IMG/VR virus record: IMGVR_UViG_3300025147_000009
Span: 1 to 33,949 of that record
DNA: 33,949 bases
DNA from: a virus
Direction: 5' to 3' (one strand)
Shown here one piece after another: positions 8,385 through 17,188 of this stretch (its first letter is position 1; the number at the start of each line of letters is the position of its first letter). The notes below the pieces were generated by a model, which saw only the letters and a program-made list of their open reading frames with translations, searched no databases and had not been told where the DNA came from. Both the position numbers and the translations under genes were made by a program.

Positions 8385-9623
8385 TTATAATTCTAAATAC
8401 TTTGTTTCTACTCCATCTCTAATAAGTGTTGCAACATCATTTGTATTCTGTATGTACCTCTTAACAATTACATCACAATACTTAGGATCAAGCTCCATCA
8501 TATTACAAACCCTACCTGTCTCCTCTGCTGCAATGAGTGTTGTACCACTACCGCCAAACAAATCCAAACCAACATCACCAACATTAGAACTATTTGTAAT
8601 AGCCATTGCTACAAGCTCTATCGGCTTCATAGTTGGGTGTTCATCACTTCTTTTAGGTCTTGGCACTTCCCACACATCATCTTTTGTTCTGTCATCAAGT
8701 GGACAAATACGTGGTGCATCAGCTTTCCACCCATACCATATAGGCTCATATCTTGTATGATAATCTTTTTGCGACATTACAAATCTGTCCTTCACCCATA
8801 TAATTGTGCTTGACCAGTGATATTGAAGGTCTGTCAGAACATTCATAATGTTACCCCACTCCTGTGCTGACATAACTATATAGGTCATACAACCTGCTTC
8901 ACTAACTTCCCTCATACACTCAAACGCTGAAAACAGAAATGAACCGAAGTCCTCGGTACTCATTTTATCATTTAGTATCGTGCGAGGCTTATAGCTTGGA
9001 TGCTTTTTATTAGCACCATAGTTAACGTTCCACGGTGGGTCAGTGAATATATATCTTGCCTTTACCCCTGCCATCAAAGCTTGTACATCATCAATGCTTG
9101 TACTATCCCCACACATAAGACGGTGCTTACCAAGTACCCACACATCACCTTCTTGCGAAACAGGTACTTCAGGCAATGCTTCATCAATATCAAAATCATC
9201 ATCAACTATTTCATTTGTTTCAAACTCTGCTTTAATCTTAGCAATTTCTTCATCACTAAAACCTGTTAATGATATATCAACCTCGGCAAGCTTAAGCTCC
9301 TCGAATAAGTCAGAGAGCTTTCTGTTTTCCCAACCGCCTGCGATTTTGTTAAGTGAAACATTAAGAACCTTTTCATCATCAATACTTAAGTTAACAACGC
9401 TTACTTCAACCTCAAGCTCACCACTATCAATTAAAATTTTAAGCCTTTGATGTCCACCTACAACATTACCTGTTTGCTCATTCCAAATTATAGGGTCAAT
9501 ATATCCAAATTGCTTAATAGAGCGTTCAAGCTTGTTATACTCATCATCGCCCTTTTTAAGGTCAATGCGTGGATTATATTCAGCAGGATTCAATAGTTTT
9601 ATATTTACTTTCCTTATTTCCAA
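8385..9623 (-). CDS. ParB-like N-terminal domain fused to a beta-class N6-adenine/N4-cytosine DNA methyltransferase (orphan)
   Basis: The N-terminus IKLLNPAEYNPR...GGHQR is ParB/Srx-like. Motif IV is IFTDPPWN and motif I is LDLFGGSGTTLIAAEETGR, in IV-to-I order. No nearby restriction enzyme was recognised. Start is TTG 9623 with GAGGTG 6 nt upstream. Confidence 0.8.
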   Translation of the reverse strand: MEIRKVNIKLLNPAEYNPRIDLKKGDDEYNKLERSIKQFGYIDPIIWNEQTGNVVGGHQRLKILIDSGELEVEVSVVNLSIDDEKVLNVSLNKIAGGWENRKLSDLFEELKLAEVDISLTGFSDEEIAKIKAEFETNEIVDDDFDIDEALPEVPVSQEGDVWVLGKHRLMCGDSTSIDDVQALMAGVKARYIFTDPPWNVNYGANKKHPSYKPRTILNDKMSTEDFGSFLFSAFECMREVSEAGCMTYIVMSAQEWGNIMNVLTDLQYHWSSTIIWVKDRFVMSQKDYHTRYEPIWYGWKADAPRICPLDDRTKDDVWEVPRPKRSDEHPTMKPIELVAMAITNSSNVGDVGLDLFGGSGTTLIAAEETGRVCNMMELDPKYCDVIVKRYIQNTNDVATLIRDGVETKYLEL

Positions 9624-9672
9624 CGCTTACACCTCGTTTCAAAATACATTCCTGCATTATTATAATGTTATA

Positions 9673-9708
9673 CCCAAAGCAAAAGAGCGACCGCATCTGC
9701 GACCGCTC
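9673..9708 (-). terminator. Rho-independent terminator after the late-regulator gene
   Basis: Minus RNA: GAGCGGUCGC-agau-GCGGUCGCUC (10 bp including 2 G-U pairs; hairpin 9685-9708) followed by UUUUGCUUUGGG. Confidence 0.6.
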
Positions 9709-9774
9709 GTAACTTTTACCACTGTATACATTATATCACGAATTTACCCCTCACTACTGACAACTTTTATAAAA

Positions 9775-10239
9775 TTAAATTCTAAGTCCACGTTCTACTG
9801 CAAATAGGTTGCGTGCGTATTTCAACGCTCTGTATGCCGTTCTAACGTTTATGTATTCCTTTAACTCTAATTGTTGCACCCGGTCTTGTATATCACCTTT
9901 TAATATAGGTTTATCAGCATCTACAAAATATACATACTCAATTGCTTTGGATATATCAGGCTTATCGTTAATACCAAGCATATATAATACATTCTCAACT
10001 GCTTGTAAATCTGCTATCTCAGATGCTCTTTCTTCAATTAGCTTTTCTAAGTGTATAACTGCTGATTCAGTTGGCTTGCTTACCCCGCTACAACCTGAAG
10101 CTTTCTCCTTGGCATCTGCTAAGCTCTTTAACTTATTCGCATATCCTTTAAGACCGTTCTCTCTCTTGTAAAGTCTAAATGCTTCTGTAGCATAATCCCT
10201 AATATGGTCTTTTTGCAACCTATAACACCCCCGCTTCAT
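9775..10239 (-). CDS. Putative late-gene transcriptional activator with a sigma-70 region-4-like C-terminal HTH
   Basis: The C-terminus ...INVRTAYRALKYARNLFAVERGLRI resembles sigma r4.2 and phage late regulators (ArpU/RinA-like class). It is the last early gene before the terminator and late genes. Confidence 0.5.
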   Translation of the reverse strand: MKRGCYRLQKDHIRDYATEAFRLYKRENGLKGYANKLKSLADAKEKASGCSGVSKPTESAVIHLEKLIEERASEIADLQAVENVLYMLGINDKPDISKAIEYVYFVDADKPILKGDIQDRVQQLELKEYINVRTAYRALKYARNLFAVERGLRI

Positions 10240-10243
10240 TATG

Positions 10244-10375
10244 TCATTTGTTATTATCTCCGTTAACGTACCACTCCGTTAATCCACATATTACTTGGAG
10301 TTCTTTATCAGTAAGCCCCTTGGTATATAATTTTCTTTGTAATTTTTCAATTACTTGTCTGTAAAATATAATCAT
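10244..10375 (-). CDS. Small hypothetical protein (43 aa), possibly HTH-like
   Basis: Below the track cutoff. ATG 10375, MIIFYRQVIEKLQRKLYTKGLTDKELQVICGLTEWYVNGDNNK, stop TGA 10244-10246. The SD is weak or distant. Confidence 0.35.
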   Translation of the reverse strand: MIIFYRQVIEKLQRKLYTKGLTDKELQVICGLTEWYVNGDNNK

Positions 10376-10382
10376 AAATCTA

Positions 10383-10577
10383 CTAATCCCCCAATGTTAC
10401 TTTTGCTATATCTGCTATTGTTACGCTATTAGCCTTTAAGTCATGTAGTTCAAGTATAAAGTAAAATACACCCTTATCATTGATTCTTTGTATAAATCCA
10501 GTTATGTAGTAACTTATTCCATCAAACTGAACTATTGTTTTCTCTCTCATTGCACCATGTACATCTTTACTATTCAA
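10383..10577 (-). CDS. Hypothetical protein (64 aa)
   Basis: TTG start with GAGGT 6 nt upstream, tightly packed in the operon. No motif recognised. Confidence 0.5.
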   Translation of the reverse strand: MNSKDVHGAMREKTIVQFDGISYYITGFIQRINDKGVFYFILELHDLKANSVTIADIAKVTLGD

Positions 10578-10579
10578 GT

Positions 10580-10822
10580 TTATACCTCTTTCACAAATAT
10601 ATTTGTTGGCTCAATTCCATAGTTCTCACATATTTCAACCAAATCAAATGCAATGCAATTTTGTTGTAAATTTACATTCAACCCACCATCAGACAAATAA
10701 TCATAACCTATCATATCCGTAAATTCTTCAAGATTATCAAATTCAATCCATATACTGAGTGCTTCGCCATCCCAACGCATCTCACATTTTTGTGCAAACT
10801 TGTATAATTCTAATTCACTCAT
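10580..10822 (-). CDS. Hypothetical acidic protein (80 aa)
   Basis: ATGA overlap with the upstream gene. No motif recognised. Confidence 0.55.
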   Translation of the reverse strand: MSELELYKFAQKCEMRWDGEALSIWIEFDNLEEFTDMIGYDYLSDGGLNVNLQQNCIAFDLVEICENYGIEPTNIFVKEV

Positions 10823-11235
10823 TCCTTAACCTCTGCCGGCTTTGGCATTGCTTCATCCTCTGTAAGGAAAACTTTTTTACCAAAATCATTAAAATCAACA
10901 TAGTGAAAACGTATTTCTTTTTTGTATTTATCATTACTATGCTCAATGAAATATTGTAATTTTACGAGAGTGCCCTGTTGCTCAATTCTTATTGCAACTA
11001 CTTCAGCTATTGAAGTATTATAATCATTTACTTTTAACCACACCTTATCCCCAACCTTACAAGGCAACTTAACCAACTCGCCACGTTCTATTTCGTCTTC
11101 TAAGTCTGCTAACCTCTGCCACGAATTGTAAAGACATTCAAGTGTATTTTTGCTGCCCTCAATTTCCTGCTCATTTGATTTTACATTTACTAAATATGCT
11201 ATGCCCTTATTGGTTCTTGATGTTAATCTATCCAT
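10819..11235 (-). CDS. Hypothetical phage protein (138 aa)
   Basis: Trimmed to ATG 11235 (MDRLTSRTNKGIAYL...) with GGTGGAG upstream. The N-terminus is of a type common in Firmicutes phage early regions. Confidence 0.5.
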   Translation of the reverse strand: MDRLTSRTNKGIAYLVNVKSNEQEIEGSKNTLECLYNSWQRLADLEDEIERGELVKLPCKVGDKVWLKVNDYNTSIAEVVAIRIEQQGTLVKLQYFIEHSNDKYKKEIRFHYVDFNDFGKKVFLTEDEAMPKPAEVKE

Positions 11236-12001
11236 TATGCTCCACCCTCTCAAATTCAATTACCCATACCCAAGGATTACTTTCATAAGTAAAATCATAC
11301 TTCATAGTTTTGTATGATAAGTGTTGTAAATATCCGAAGAATCGTAATCTTGCAGGTTCTAAACTTTCGCTATCACCTCTAAGCAAAAACCCAAATACAC
11401 AACCACAATTTTCAAGCAATTTGATTTTTCTACCTAATTCTTTACATCCATCTAATTTGAATGGATCCGAATGTTTACAATCCATACACATACCATTTAG
11501 CCATTTACTTTCAAACATTTTATAACGATATGAAGGTGCAAAAAATTGAGTGCCTTCCAATTTCGCCTGTTCTTCCGTTATATCCTGCAACCGCTCAACC
11601 TTAACATTTGTAACTTTTAAAAATATCCTTGCTGCCGAACGTGGCATATGTATTGATGGTATCCAACAATCAATTTTGCCTTGTTTATAATTTCCGTAAT
11701 AACCTAACTGAGGTTTGCCATCAGCCTTATATACAAACCGATCTGTGCAAAATCCATCAGGCAACCAATGATCTGCCCACGTTTCCCTTAACCACAGAAT
11801 ATCACCAACTTTGTATTTACATATATCAGTTGGCTTGTAGCTATCTCCTGTTGACTGGTCTATATATGCAATTGCACTACCATCCACATCGATATCAAAC
11901 CGATTAACTATGTCCTGTTTTACAACTCTCCTAGTAACTGTCTTTCGGTCTGCAAGTATAGCTTGTACCATTTCAGTATTAAATAATATCGGTTTTTCCA
12001 T
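11228..12001 (-). CDS. ASCH/PUA-like domain protein with a Cys-rich C-terminal part
   Basis: The N-terminus MEKPILFNTEMVQAILADRKTVTRRVVK is the hallmark start of ASCH-like phage proteins. The C-terminus contains CMDCKHSDPFKLDGC...CGC. Confidence 0.45.
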   Translation of the reverse strand: MEKPILFNTEMVQAILADRKTVTRRVVKQDIVNRFDIDVDGSAIAYIDQSTGDSYKPTDICKYKVGDILWLRETWADHWLPDGFCTDRFVYKADGKPQLGYYGNYKQGKIDCWIPSIHMPRSAARIFLKVTNVKVERLQDITEEQAKLEGTQFFAPSYRYKMFESKWLNGMCMDCKHSDPFKLDGCKELGRKIKLLENCGCVFGFLLRGDSESLEPARLRFFGYLQHLSYKTMKYDFTYESNPWVWVIEFERVEHNG

Positions 12002-12002
12002 T

Positions 12003-12272
12003 CTACACCTCTTTCTTTATTCCGTAACTGCAATATTCATTTTCACTAAGCTTTATAGACATTTCTATAAATTTCATGCAGTATCCATCTATATAATGTT
12101 TACACTCATCACACCGTATAACTCCAACAAGTTCATTATTTAAAATCGTTAGCTTGGTTATTGTACTTTCAAGCTTGTTTATATATAAATCTAATTCTAG
12201 AAGATTATATTTATATTTTCCAGTACGAGGGTTTACCTCATCATATTTACTTATAGTCTTGGATTTTAGCAA
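12003..12272 (-). CDS. Hypothetical protein (89 aa) with a CxxC...C motif
   Basis: ORF-track ORF in operon context. TTG start with a weak SD. Confidence 0.45.
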   Translation of the reverse strand: MLKSKTISKYDEVNPRTGKYKYNLLELDLYINKLESTITKLTILNNELVGVIRCDECKHYIDGYCMKFIEMSIKLSENEYCSYGIKKEV

Positions 12273-12297
12273 ATGCCTAAAACGTTTTAATAAGCTT

Positions 12298-12513
12298 TCA
12301 TATTGCTGTTGTATTATCCTGCACCTCCTGTTGTTTCATATACTCCATTGCTTGAAGCTGACCATAGCTAAGCCCCAAGTTACGTGCTTTATCTTCAATC
12401 ACATTAAGTGGAGTAGGTTTATTAACTGTTTTAACTGCTTTTAAGCACCTTCTACATGTATGTTTTAGCTTGTATGTAGCTGGTAGTAATAACCCACATT
12501 CATTACAATTCAC
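12298..12513 (-). CDS. Small zinc-ribbon protein (71 aa)
   Basis: MNCNECG...HTCRRC (CxxC...CxxC). GTG start with GAGGT 6 nt upstream. Confidence 0.5.
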   Translation of the reverse strand: MNCNECGLLLPATYKLKHTCRRCLKAVKTVNKPTPLNVIEDKARNLGLSYGQLQAMEYMKQQEVQDNTTAI

Positions 12514-12541
12514 CTTGGTACCTCGACTTTCTTTTATTTAG

Positions 12542-12584
12542 AACCCATATAGGTTGCTTTTCTAATATGCAACCTATATGGGTT
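12542..12584. repeat. Perfect 16-bp inverted repeat with an 11-nt loop between the VRR-NUC gene and the next gene
   Basis: aacccatataggttgc (12542-12557) / gcaacctatatgggtt (12569-12584). An extra ggttgc copy lies just downstream. No U-tract follows on the minus RNA. Confidence 0.85.
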
Positions 12585-12589
12585 GCAAT

Positions 12590-12961
12590 TTATATCCCCA
12601 AATATTCTATTATTTTATCCCTTGCCTCTGTCCATCCATAACATACAACTACTTCATAGCTTTGCGCCTTGAGGAGCCTTATAAACTCCTCTTGCGCTTT
12701 GCTTGGCTTATTGGTACCATGCTTCATTTCTATGTATAAGCCATAACAACTACACCGTGCGACTGGAAGGAATATATCCGGCACTCCTGCCTTAACACCC
12801 TCACGCTTTAATTTAGCAGCTGTTAATTTATCACGTTTGCCACCATTAGGTATATGATGCAGTAGCTTTAATTCAGGATATACATTTTCTTGATAACTGG
12901 CCCAAGTGAATAATGCCTGTTGATGCAGACTCTCAAATTGTTGTGCCATACTATATCCCAC
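12590..12961 (-). CDS. VRR-NUC domain nuclease (PD-(D/E)xK)
   Basis: ...HIPNGGKRDKLTAAKLKREGVKAGVPDIFLPVARCSCYGLYIEMKHGTNKPSKAQEEF is the VRR-NUC signature (D...E-x-K). The start could instead be ATG 12949. Confidence 0.75.
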   Translation of the reverse strand: MGYSMAQQFESLHQQALFTWASYQENVYPELKLLHHIPNGGKRDKLTAAKLKREGVKAGVPDIFLPVARCSCYGLYIEMKHGTNKPSKAQEEFIRLLKAQSYEVVVCYGWTEARDKIIEYLGI

Positions 12962-14030
12962 TAAGCATTTCTATCATACTTGAAATCTGACCTATAATGC
13001 CTTGCTTCAATTTTTCGAAGTTCTCATTATCCTTAATGGACTCCAGGCATTCTTGTACCTTTTGATAATCAGTTTGAAATTCAGAGAAATATATATTAAG
13101 CTTTGACATTTCAGTATTCGAGCCTTTTAATTTCTTTTCAAGCTCTGCAATTTTAGATATGGCTTCTTCCTTTTCATCTTTGGCTTTGTTAAGCTCAGCT
13201 TCCATATTTGCCTGAGCCTTTTTCTCTGCATCGGTTACCGCTGACCTTAATTCATCCTCAAGAGTACTGATTGTATCTTGCAAAGCATCTTTGTCCATCT
13301 CAGCTTGTTTCAATTTATCCTCAAACTCAGCTTTTATAATGGCTTCAGCATCAGCCTTCATCTGTTCAAGCTCATTTTCTGATGGTTCAATCTTCTGTGA
13401 TGAAAGCTCTTCTATTTGCAACTTGAGGTTGTCAATTTCCTTTTGCTTTTTATTAGCTTTATCAATTGCATCCTTTTTTCCTTTCATAAGTTCTAGAACT
13501 TCTTTATCTTGGATATTACTTTCTGAAAGTAATTTGCTATCATTAGCTTCCTTTTCCAATTTATCAATAATGTCCTGCTTATCCTTGATGCGTTGCTTAA
13601 ATTCTCTGACAGATATATTTTCAGCATCATTATCCTCTACAAACTGCTCACGTTCGTCCGCTGGTATTGATGTGAGAAGAAGAAGCTTTGTTGCATTTAA
13701 CTTCCCAAGCGTTTGGGATTGTGACAAATCACCGAATAATGATAACTGGTTGTCCTTATATTCTTTAAAAATTTTCATGAAGTTTTCAGCTGTACTTTGA
13801 GAATAATCAACCTTTGTTTCAAGCCATATACCCCACTGTCCATGTTCCACTAATTCTTTTGCTTCACATAACCTACGACCAATCTCACATATGTACTGCA
13901 TTGCTGATATTTGCGCTTGACGTGTTATGGTGATAATTTCTGTTTCGATTACCTCTATGCTTCTTTGCCCCGCTACAACATTGCTTTCACTGTACTCAGC
14001 ATCTATTATTTCATCATTTAAAATTGACAT
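12951..14030 (-). CDS. DUF3102-like N-terminal domain protein with a long acidic coiled-coil C-terminus
   Basis: The N-terminus ...IGRRLCEAKELVEHGQWGIWLETKVDYSQSTAENFMKIFKEY matches my memory of DUF3102 (plasmid/phage). The remainder is E/K-rich heptad-like sequence. Confidence 0.55.
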   Translation of the reverse strand: MSILNDEIIDAEYSESNVVAGQRSIEVIETEIITITRQAQISAMQYICEIGRRLCEAKELVEHGQWGIWLETKVDYSQSTAENFMKIFKEYKDNQLSLFGDLSQSQTLGKLNATKLLLLTSIPADEREQFVEDNDAENISVREFKQRIKDKQDIIDKLEKEANDSKLLSESNIQDKEVLELMKGKKDAIDKANKKQKEIDNLKLQIEELSSQKIEPSENELEQMKADAEAIIKAEFEDKLKQAEMDKDALQDTISTLEDELRSAVTDAEKKAQANMEAELNKAKDEKEEAISKIAELEKKLKGSNTEMSKLNIYFSEFQTDYQKVQECLESIKDNENFEKLKQGIIGQISSMIEMLSGI

Positions 14031-16039
14031 TATGCCACGCTCCTTTTATTTTTATTTAATATTTTGGTTTCAAATTGTTTCATAAATTTTTCTACTTCAG
14101 GTGTTTTACCTTCATTGTCATAGCCTCTGACTTGCCTAATTTTATTATCTGTAATTTCAACGGTGTAAAATGGTTTGTCTGGTTTGCTTATTTGTCTAAC
14201 AAATAAAATTATTGTTTCACGGTTAGCCATATCTTTTATATAATCTTGGTCATTTCTGCCAACACAGTGGCGAAGCTTTTGCCCCTCGGCAGTTATTTCG
14301 TTTGCATTTTTCGGTGCTCTTATAAGCAGATTTTTTGTTTTAAAGCCATACTGCTCATTTAGTTTACTTGATAATTTAGCTATTGCTCTGTTGTATTTTG
14401 CATTTGCTTTGCTTTCAAGCAATTCGTTTGTTTTATCGTGTGCATTTTTTAAATTATTAGGCATCAATACAAAATCATTTTTAAGGTCATATTTGAGAGT
14501 TTTGCAAGCTTTGATATAATCACGCCAATCGTTTATTATGTCAAATATATCTGTTCTTGACCAGCTGTATTTTTTGCATTGAAATGCTATATCCACTTGA
14601 GCATTAGCATACTTAATAGCTTTGTATATCGTTGTGTATTCTGCTATATTAACAATATCATTTGCAGCCTTGCAACTGTATTTCCTTGCAAATGCTATAA
14701 TTTCATCTAATGCTTTGACACCCTTACTTTTTGCAGTTTTATAAACATCAAGTTCCCATAGTCCTATATCGTTCTTTTGTAAATATGGCAAATCTTGTTT
14801 TGTAATGCCTAAAACCTCTATTATGTTTTTACCATTCAAATTTATTTCGTTTATATCATGATGATACCTAACAACATCGTATGTCATTTTGTATAGCTTT
14901 AATTTAACAAGATACTCTATGACTGGGTACCTAATAGTATTTGTATATAATCTCACAGGGTTTAATTTTCCGCACATCTTACCTATATCTGCGAATGGCA
15001 TGTACTGTAAATGCTTTGTGTTTGGTGTATATGCAAATATATCTTTTTTAAAAATCTTTTTTAGGTTACTTGTGTAAATATAGGTTGATGTTTCAATGTA
15101 TCTTTGGTAAGTTTCGCAAAATCTATATTCACCAGTTGCTCTGAAGTTATCCCATCTATATGTTTTATTCGAATTATAAAACTGCCTTGCTTGTTCCTGA
15201 ATATATGTGCTATAAAGTAGTTTTTTTGATTCTCGGTAAAATGTTCTGCTAACTTGGAAGAAACGGAATATTAATTCCCCGCTACTGCCTTGCTGAATAT
15301 AAGACACATCAACATCTATACAAAACTTATTTGCTGTTACACCTGATGCTAAATATGTGATTTTTGTTTTACAGTTCGGGCATATACCAACAGCTTTGTT
15401 TTTTGCTCCTGTAACTTTTACAAATGTTTCACAATGTGTACAATACCCATCAAGCTGTTTGCGTTTGGCATAGTCATATAAAATATACCTGTTGTCTTTG
15501 AATGGAATATTATTAATCCATTTGTCAAAGTCCTTAGGTAAAGGCTTTATTTGCAACATCATATCATCAACGGTTTTACGGATGCGGTCGTGCATTGCTT
15601 TTATTTTCTGTTTGCCAATATCTTGTTGGTACCGTGCGACAGCTGCAAAAATGTTTTCATCTTTATTTTTATAACTTTTAAGCCATCCAACAATAATTTT
15701 TGCATTGTTGGTATCTGTTATGTAATTACTATAATCGTTATACCATTCACCGTATGCGTTTCCAAGTTTAGTAGTCGATTTTTTGCTGTTGCCATTAACA
15801 AAGAATTGGCTGACATAAGAATAATCTTTCGTAAATGTCCTATACTTAGCCACACCCTCGTTATTAAATACCGTTAACATCAATACATTTTCGTCAACTA
15901 TTTCAGCAGAATACATATAGTTTTCTCTTGTATAAACGTTGCCCCATTTATTGATTTTGTTTGATGGTGTGATAACAACATTTGGCGGTGCAGATATCGG
16001 TAGAGCTAATAATACCTTTTCTCTTTGCAATACTGCCAC
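14030..16039 (-). CDS. PcfJ-like protein (669 aa) with an internal zinc ribbon
   Basis: The C-terminus ...AEGQKLRHCVGRNDQDYIKDMANRETIILFVRQISKPDKPFYTVEITDNKIRQVRGYDNE is the PcfJ-like signature. It also has CTHCETF...CPNC. Confidence 0.65.
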   Translation of the reverse strand: MAVLQREKVLLALPISAPPNVVITPSNKINKWGNVYTRENYMYSAEIVDENVLMLTVFNNEGVAKYRTFTKDYSYVSQFFVNGNSKKSTTKLGNAYGEWYNDYSNYITDTNNAKIIVGWLKSYKNKDENIFAAVARYQQDIGKQKIKAMHDRIRKTVDDMMLQIKPLPKDFDKWINNIPFKDNRYILYDYAKRKQLDGYCTHCETFVKVTGAKNKAVGICPNCKTKITYLASGVTANKFCIDVDVSYIQQGSSGELIFRFFQVSRTFYRESKKLLYSTYIQEQARQFYNSNKTYRWDNFRATGEYRFCETYQRYIETSTYIYTSNLKKIFKKDIFAYTPNTKHLQYMPFADIGKMCGKLNPVRLYTNTIRYPVIEYLVKLKLYKMTYDVVRYHHDINEINLNGKNIIEVLGITKQDLPYLQKNDIGLWELDVYKTAKSKGVKALDEIIAFARKYSCKAANDIVNIAEYTTIYKAIKYANAQVDIAFQCKKYSWSRTDIFDIINDWRDYIKACKTLKYDLKNDFVLMPNNLKNAHDKTNELLESKANAKYNRAIAKLSSKLNEQYGFKTKNLLIRAPKNANEITAEGQKLRHCVGRNDQDYIKDMANRETIILFVRQISKPDKPFYTVEITDNKIRQVRGYDNEGKTPEVEKFMKQFETKILNKNKRSVA

Positions 16040-16042
16040 CCC

Positions 16043-16402
16043 CTACATAAAATCAAAAATTGATGTGACGTTGGTTTTTGGCTTCCCATTCGTTTGGGAT
16101 TCTGCTGTTTTATCAGCTTTGACTATTTCAAGCTTAATTTGAAAATCAACATCAAAGCCATATACCTCTTTTATTAAATCTAAAATCATACTATCAGGAC
16201 CAGACTGTAACTCTCTCATTTTTTCATAAACCTTTTTTATAGTGCCCTCACCTTCAATAACTTTGCATGCACACTCAGGTGCAGCGTTTAACATTGTTTT
16301 TGCAATTTCACCAATTTGCTTAGTAATCTTATCCACTGTACCTGTAATCTTATCCACTGTACCTATTTCTAAATCAATTTTTGCGATTGCTTGCTCTAAC
16401 AT
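16043..16402 (-). CDS. Hypothetical protein (119 aa) carrying a tandem GTVDKIT-GTVDKIT duplication
   Basis: AAGGAGTG SD 7 nt upstream of ATG 16402. It lies between the Rep-like and PcfJ-like genes. Confidence 0.55.
   Translation of the reverse strand: MLEQAIAKIDLEIGTVDKITGTVDKITKQIGEIAKTMLNAAPECACKVIEGEGTIKKVYEKMRELQSGPDSMILDLIKEVYGFDVDFQIKLEIVKADKTAESQTNGKPKTNVTSIFDFM
16324..16365. repeat. Tandem 21-bp duplication (20/21 identical) inside the 119-aa ORF
   Basis: taatcttatccactgtacctg / taatcttatccactgtaccta. In frame, it duplicates the heptapeptide GTVDKIT. Confidence 0.9.
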
Positions 16403-16468
16403 TTTTCAACACTCCTTATTTTTTTAGATTTATTAGAATTACTGAGTTTCGTCTGCGCTTGGGTTGGC

Positions 16469-17188
16469 TCATTCAGTATTCACCTCATTGCGAATCGAAA
16501 TATCAAAGCCTGTTGTCTTTACTGACTTCATATATTTCACGTGTCCTGTTACATCATTGTAGGAACTGTAGCTTTCGATAATCCTATAACCCTTTTTAGG
16601 CTTTAATTCTTTGCTAAATTTTTTCAACTGTTTAACATCAACCTTAGGTCTATCTAAATTCCTCGACTGGCTCCAACGTTTCTTATGGTCATTTTTTATT
16701 GATTCTTTTGTTATGTATTGAGCAAGCCCTGCGTAATCCTCACTATACAGATGAATGTTATAAAATCCTCCGTGTGTCCAAAGCTTGCCAACAATATTCA
16801 AGTCAACGAAATTCATTATCACGTGATGATGCACTCTAGTGTTCTTCGCTTCTGTTACTGCAATATATTTTAGCTTGGGTTTGTCATTCCTTTTCAAATA
16901 ATACTTAAGCCTTCTGAAAAACAATTGCAATTCCTTTCTTGCAAATTCCTCTGTAACCTTTTCCCGATAACCAAATGTAAAAAACAAATCATCTCTTGTG
17001 AAATTTGTATTGATTGTTCTGCATAATGTCTTTTGAGCATTTGTAATATTTATATCTTTTTTCCATTCTTCTGTTAAATTTATATTACTTCCCCTGGAAC
17101 TACCCTGTTTCCCTATCTCTCTAAGTGAAAAATACTCATAATATTCTATTACATCACCGCTTGTTATCATCTTACCGTATATTGGCAT
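16469..17188 (-). CDS. HUH-superfamily rolling-circle replication initiator-like protein
   Basis: Three ordered motifs: LFFTFGY (motif 1-like), RVHHHVIMNF (HUH-like), GLAQYITKES (YxxK catalytic Tyr-like). SD GAGGTGA lies 9 nt upstream of ATG 17188. Confidence 0.55.
   Translation of the reverse strand: MPIYGKMITSGDVIEYYEYFSLREIGKQGSSRGSNINLTEEWKKDINITNAQKTLCRTINTNFTRDDLFFTFGYREKVTEEFARKELQLFFRRLKYYLKRNDKPKLKYIAVTEAKNTRVHHHVIMNFVDLNIVGKLWTHGGFYNIHLYSEDYAGLAQYITKESIKNDHKKRWSQSRNLDRPKVDVKQLKKFSKELKPKKGYRIIESYSSYNDVTGHVKYMKSVKTTGFDISIRNEVNTE

Noticed and set aside
8221-9450. Plus-strand ORFs 8221-8760, 9000-9269 and 9043-9450 opposite the methyltransferase
   Set aside because: They have no SD or promoter, their composition is Ser/Leu-rich, and the minus ORF carries unmistakable methylase motifs.
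13291-13800. 169-aa plus-strand ORF opposite the DUF3102-like coiled-coil gene
   Set aside because: It is a Ser/Leu/Phe-rich mirror of an E/K-rich coiled-coil coding sequence, which is a typical antisense artefact.
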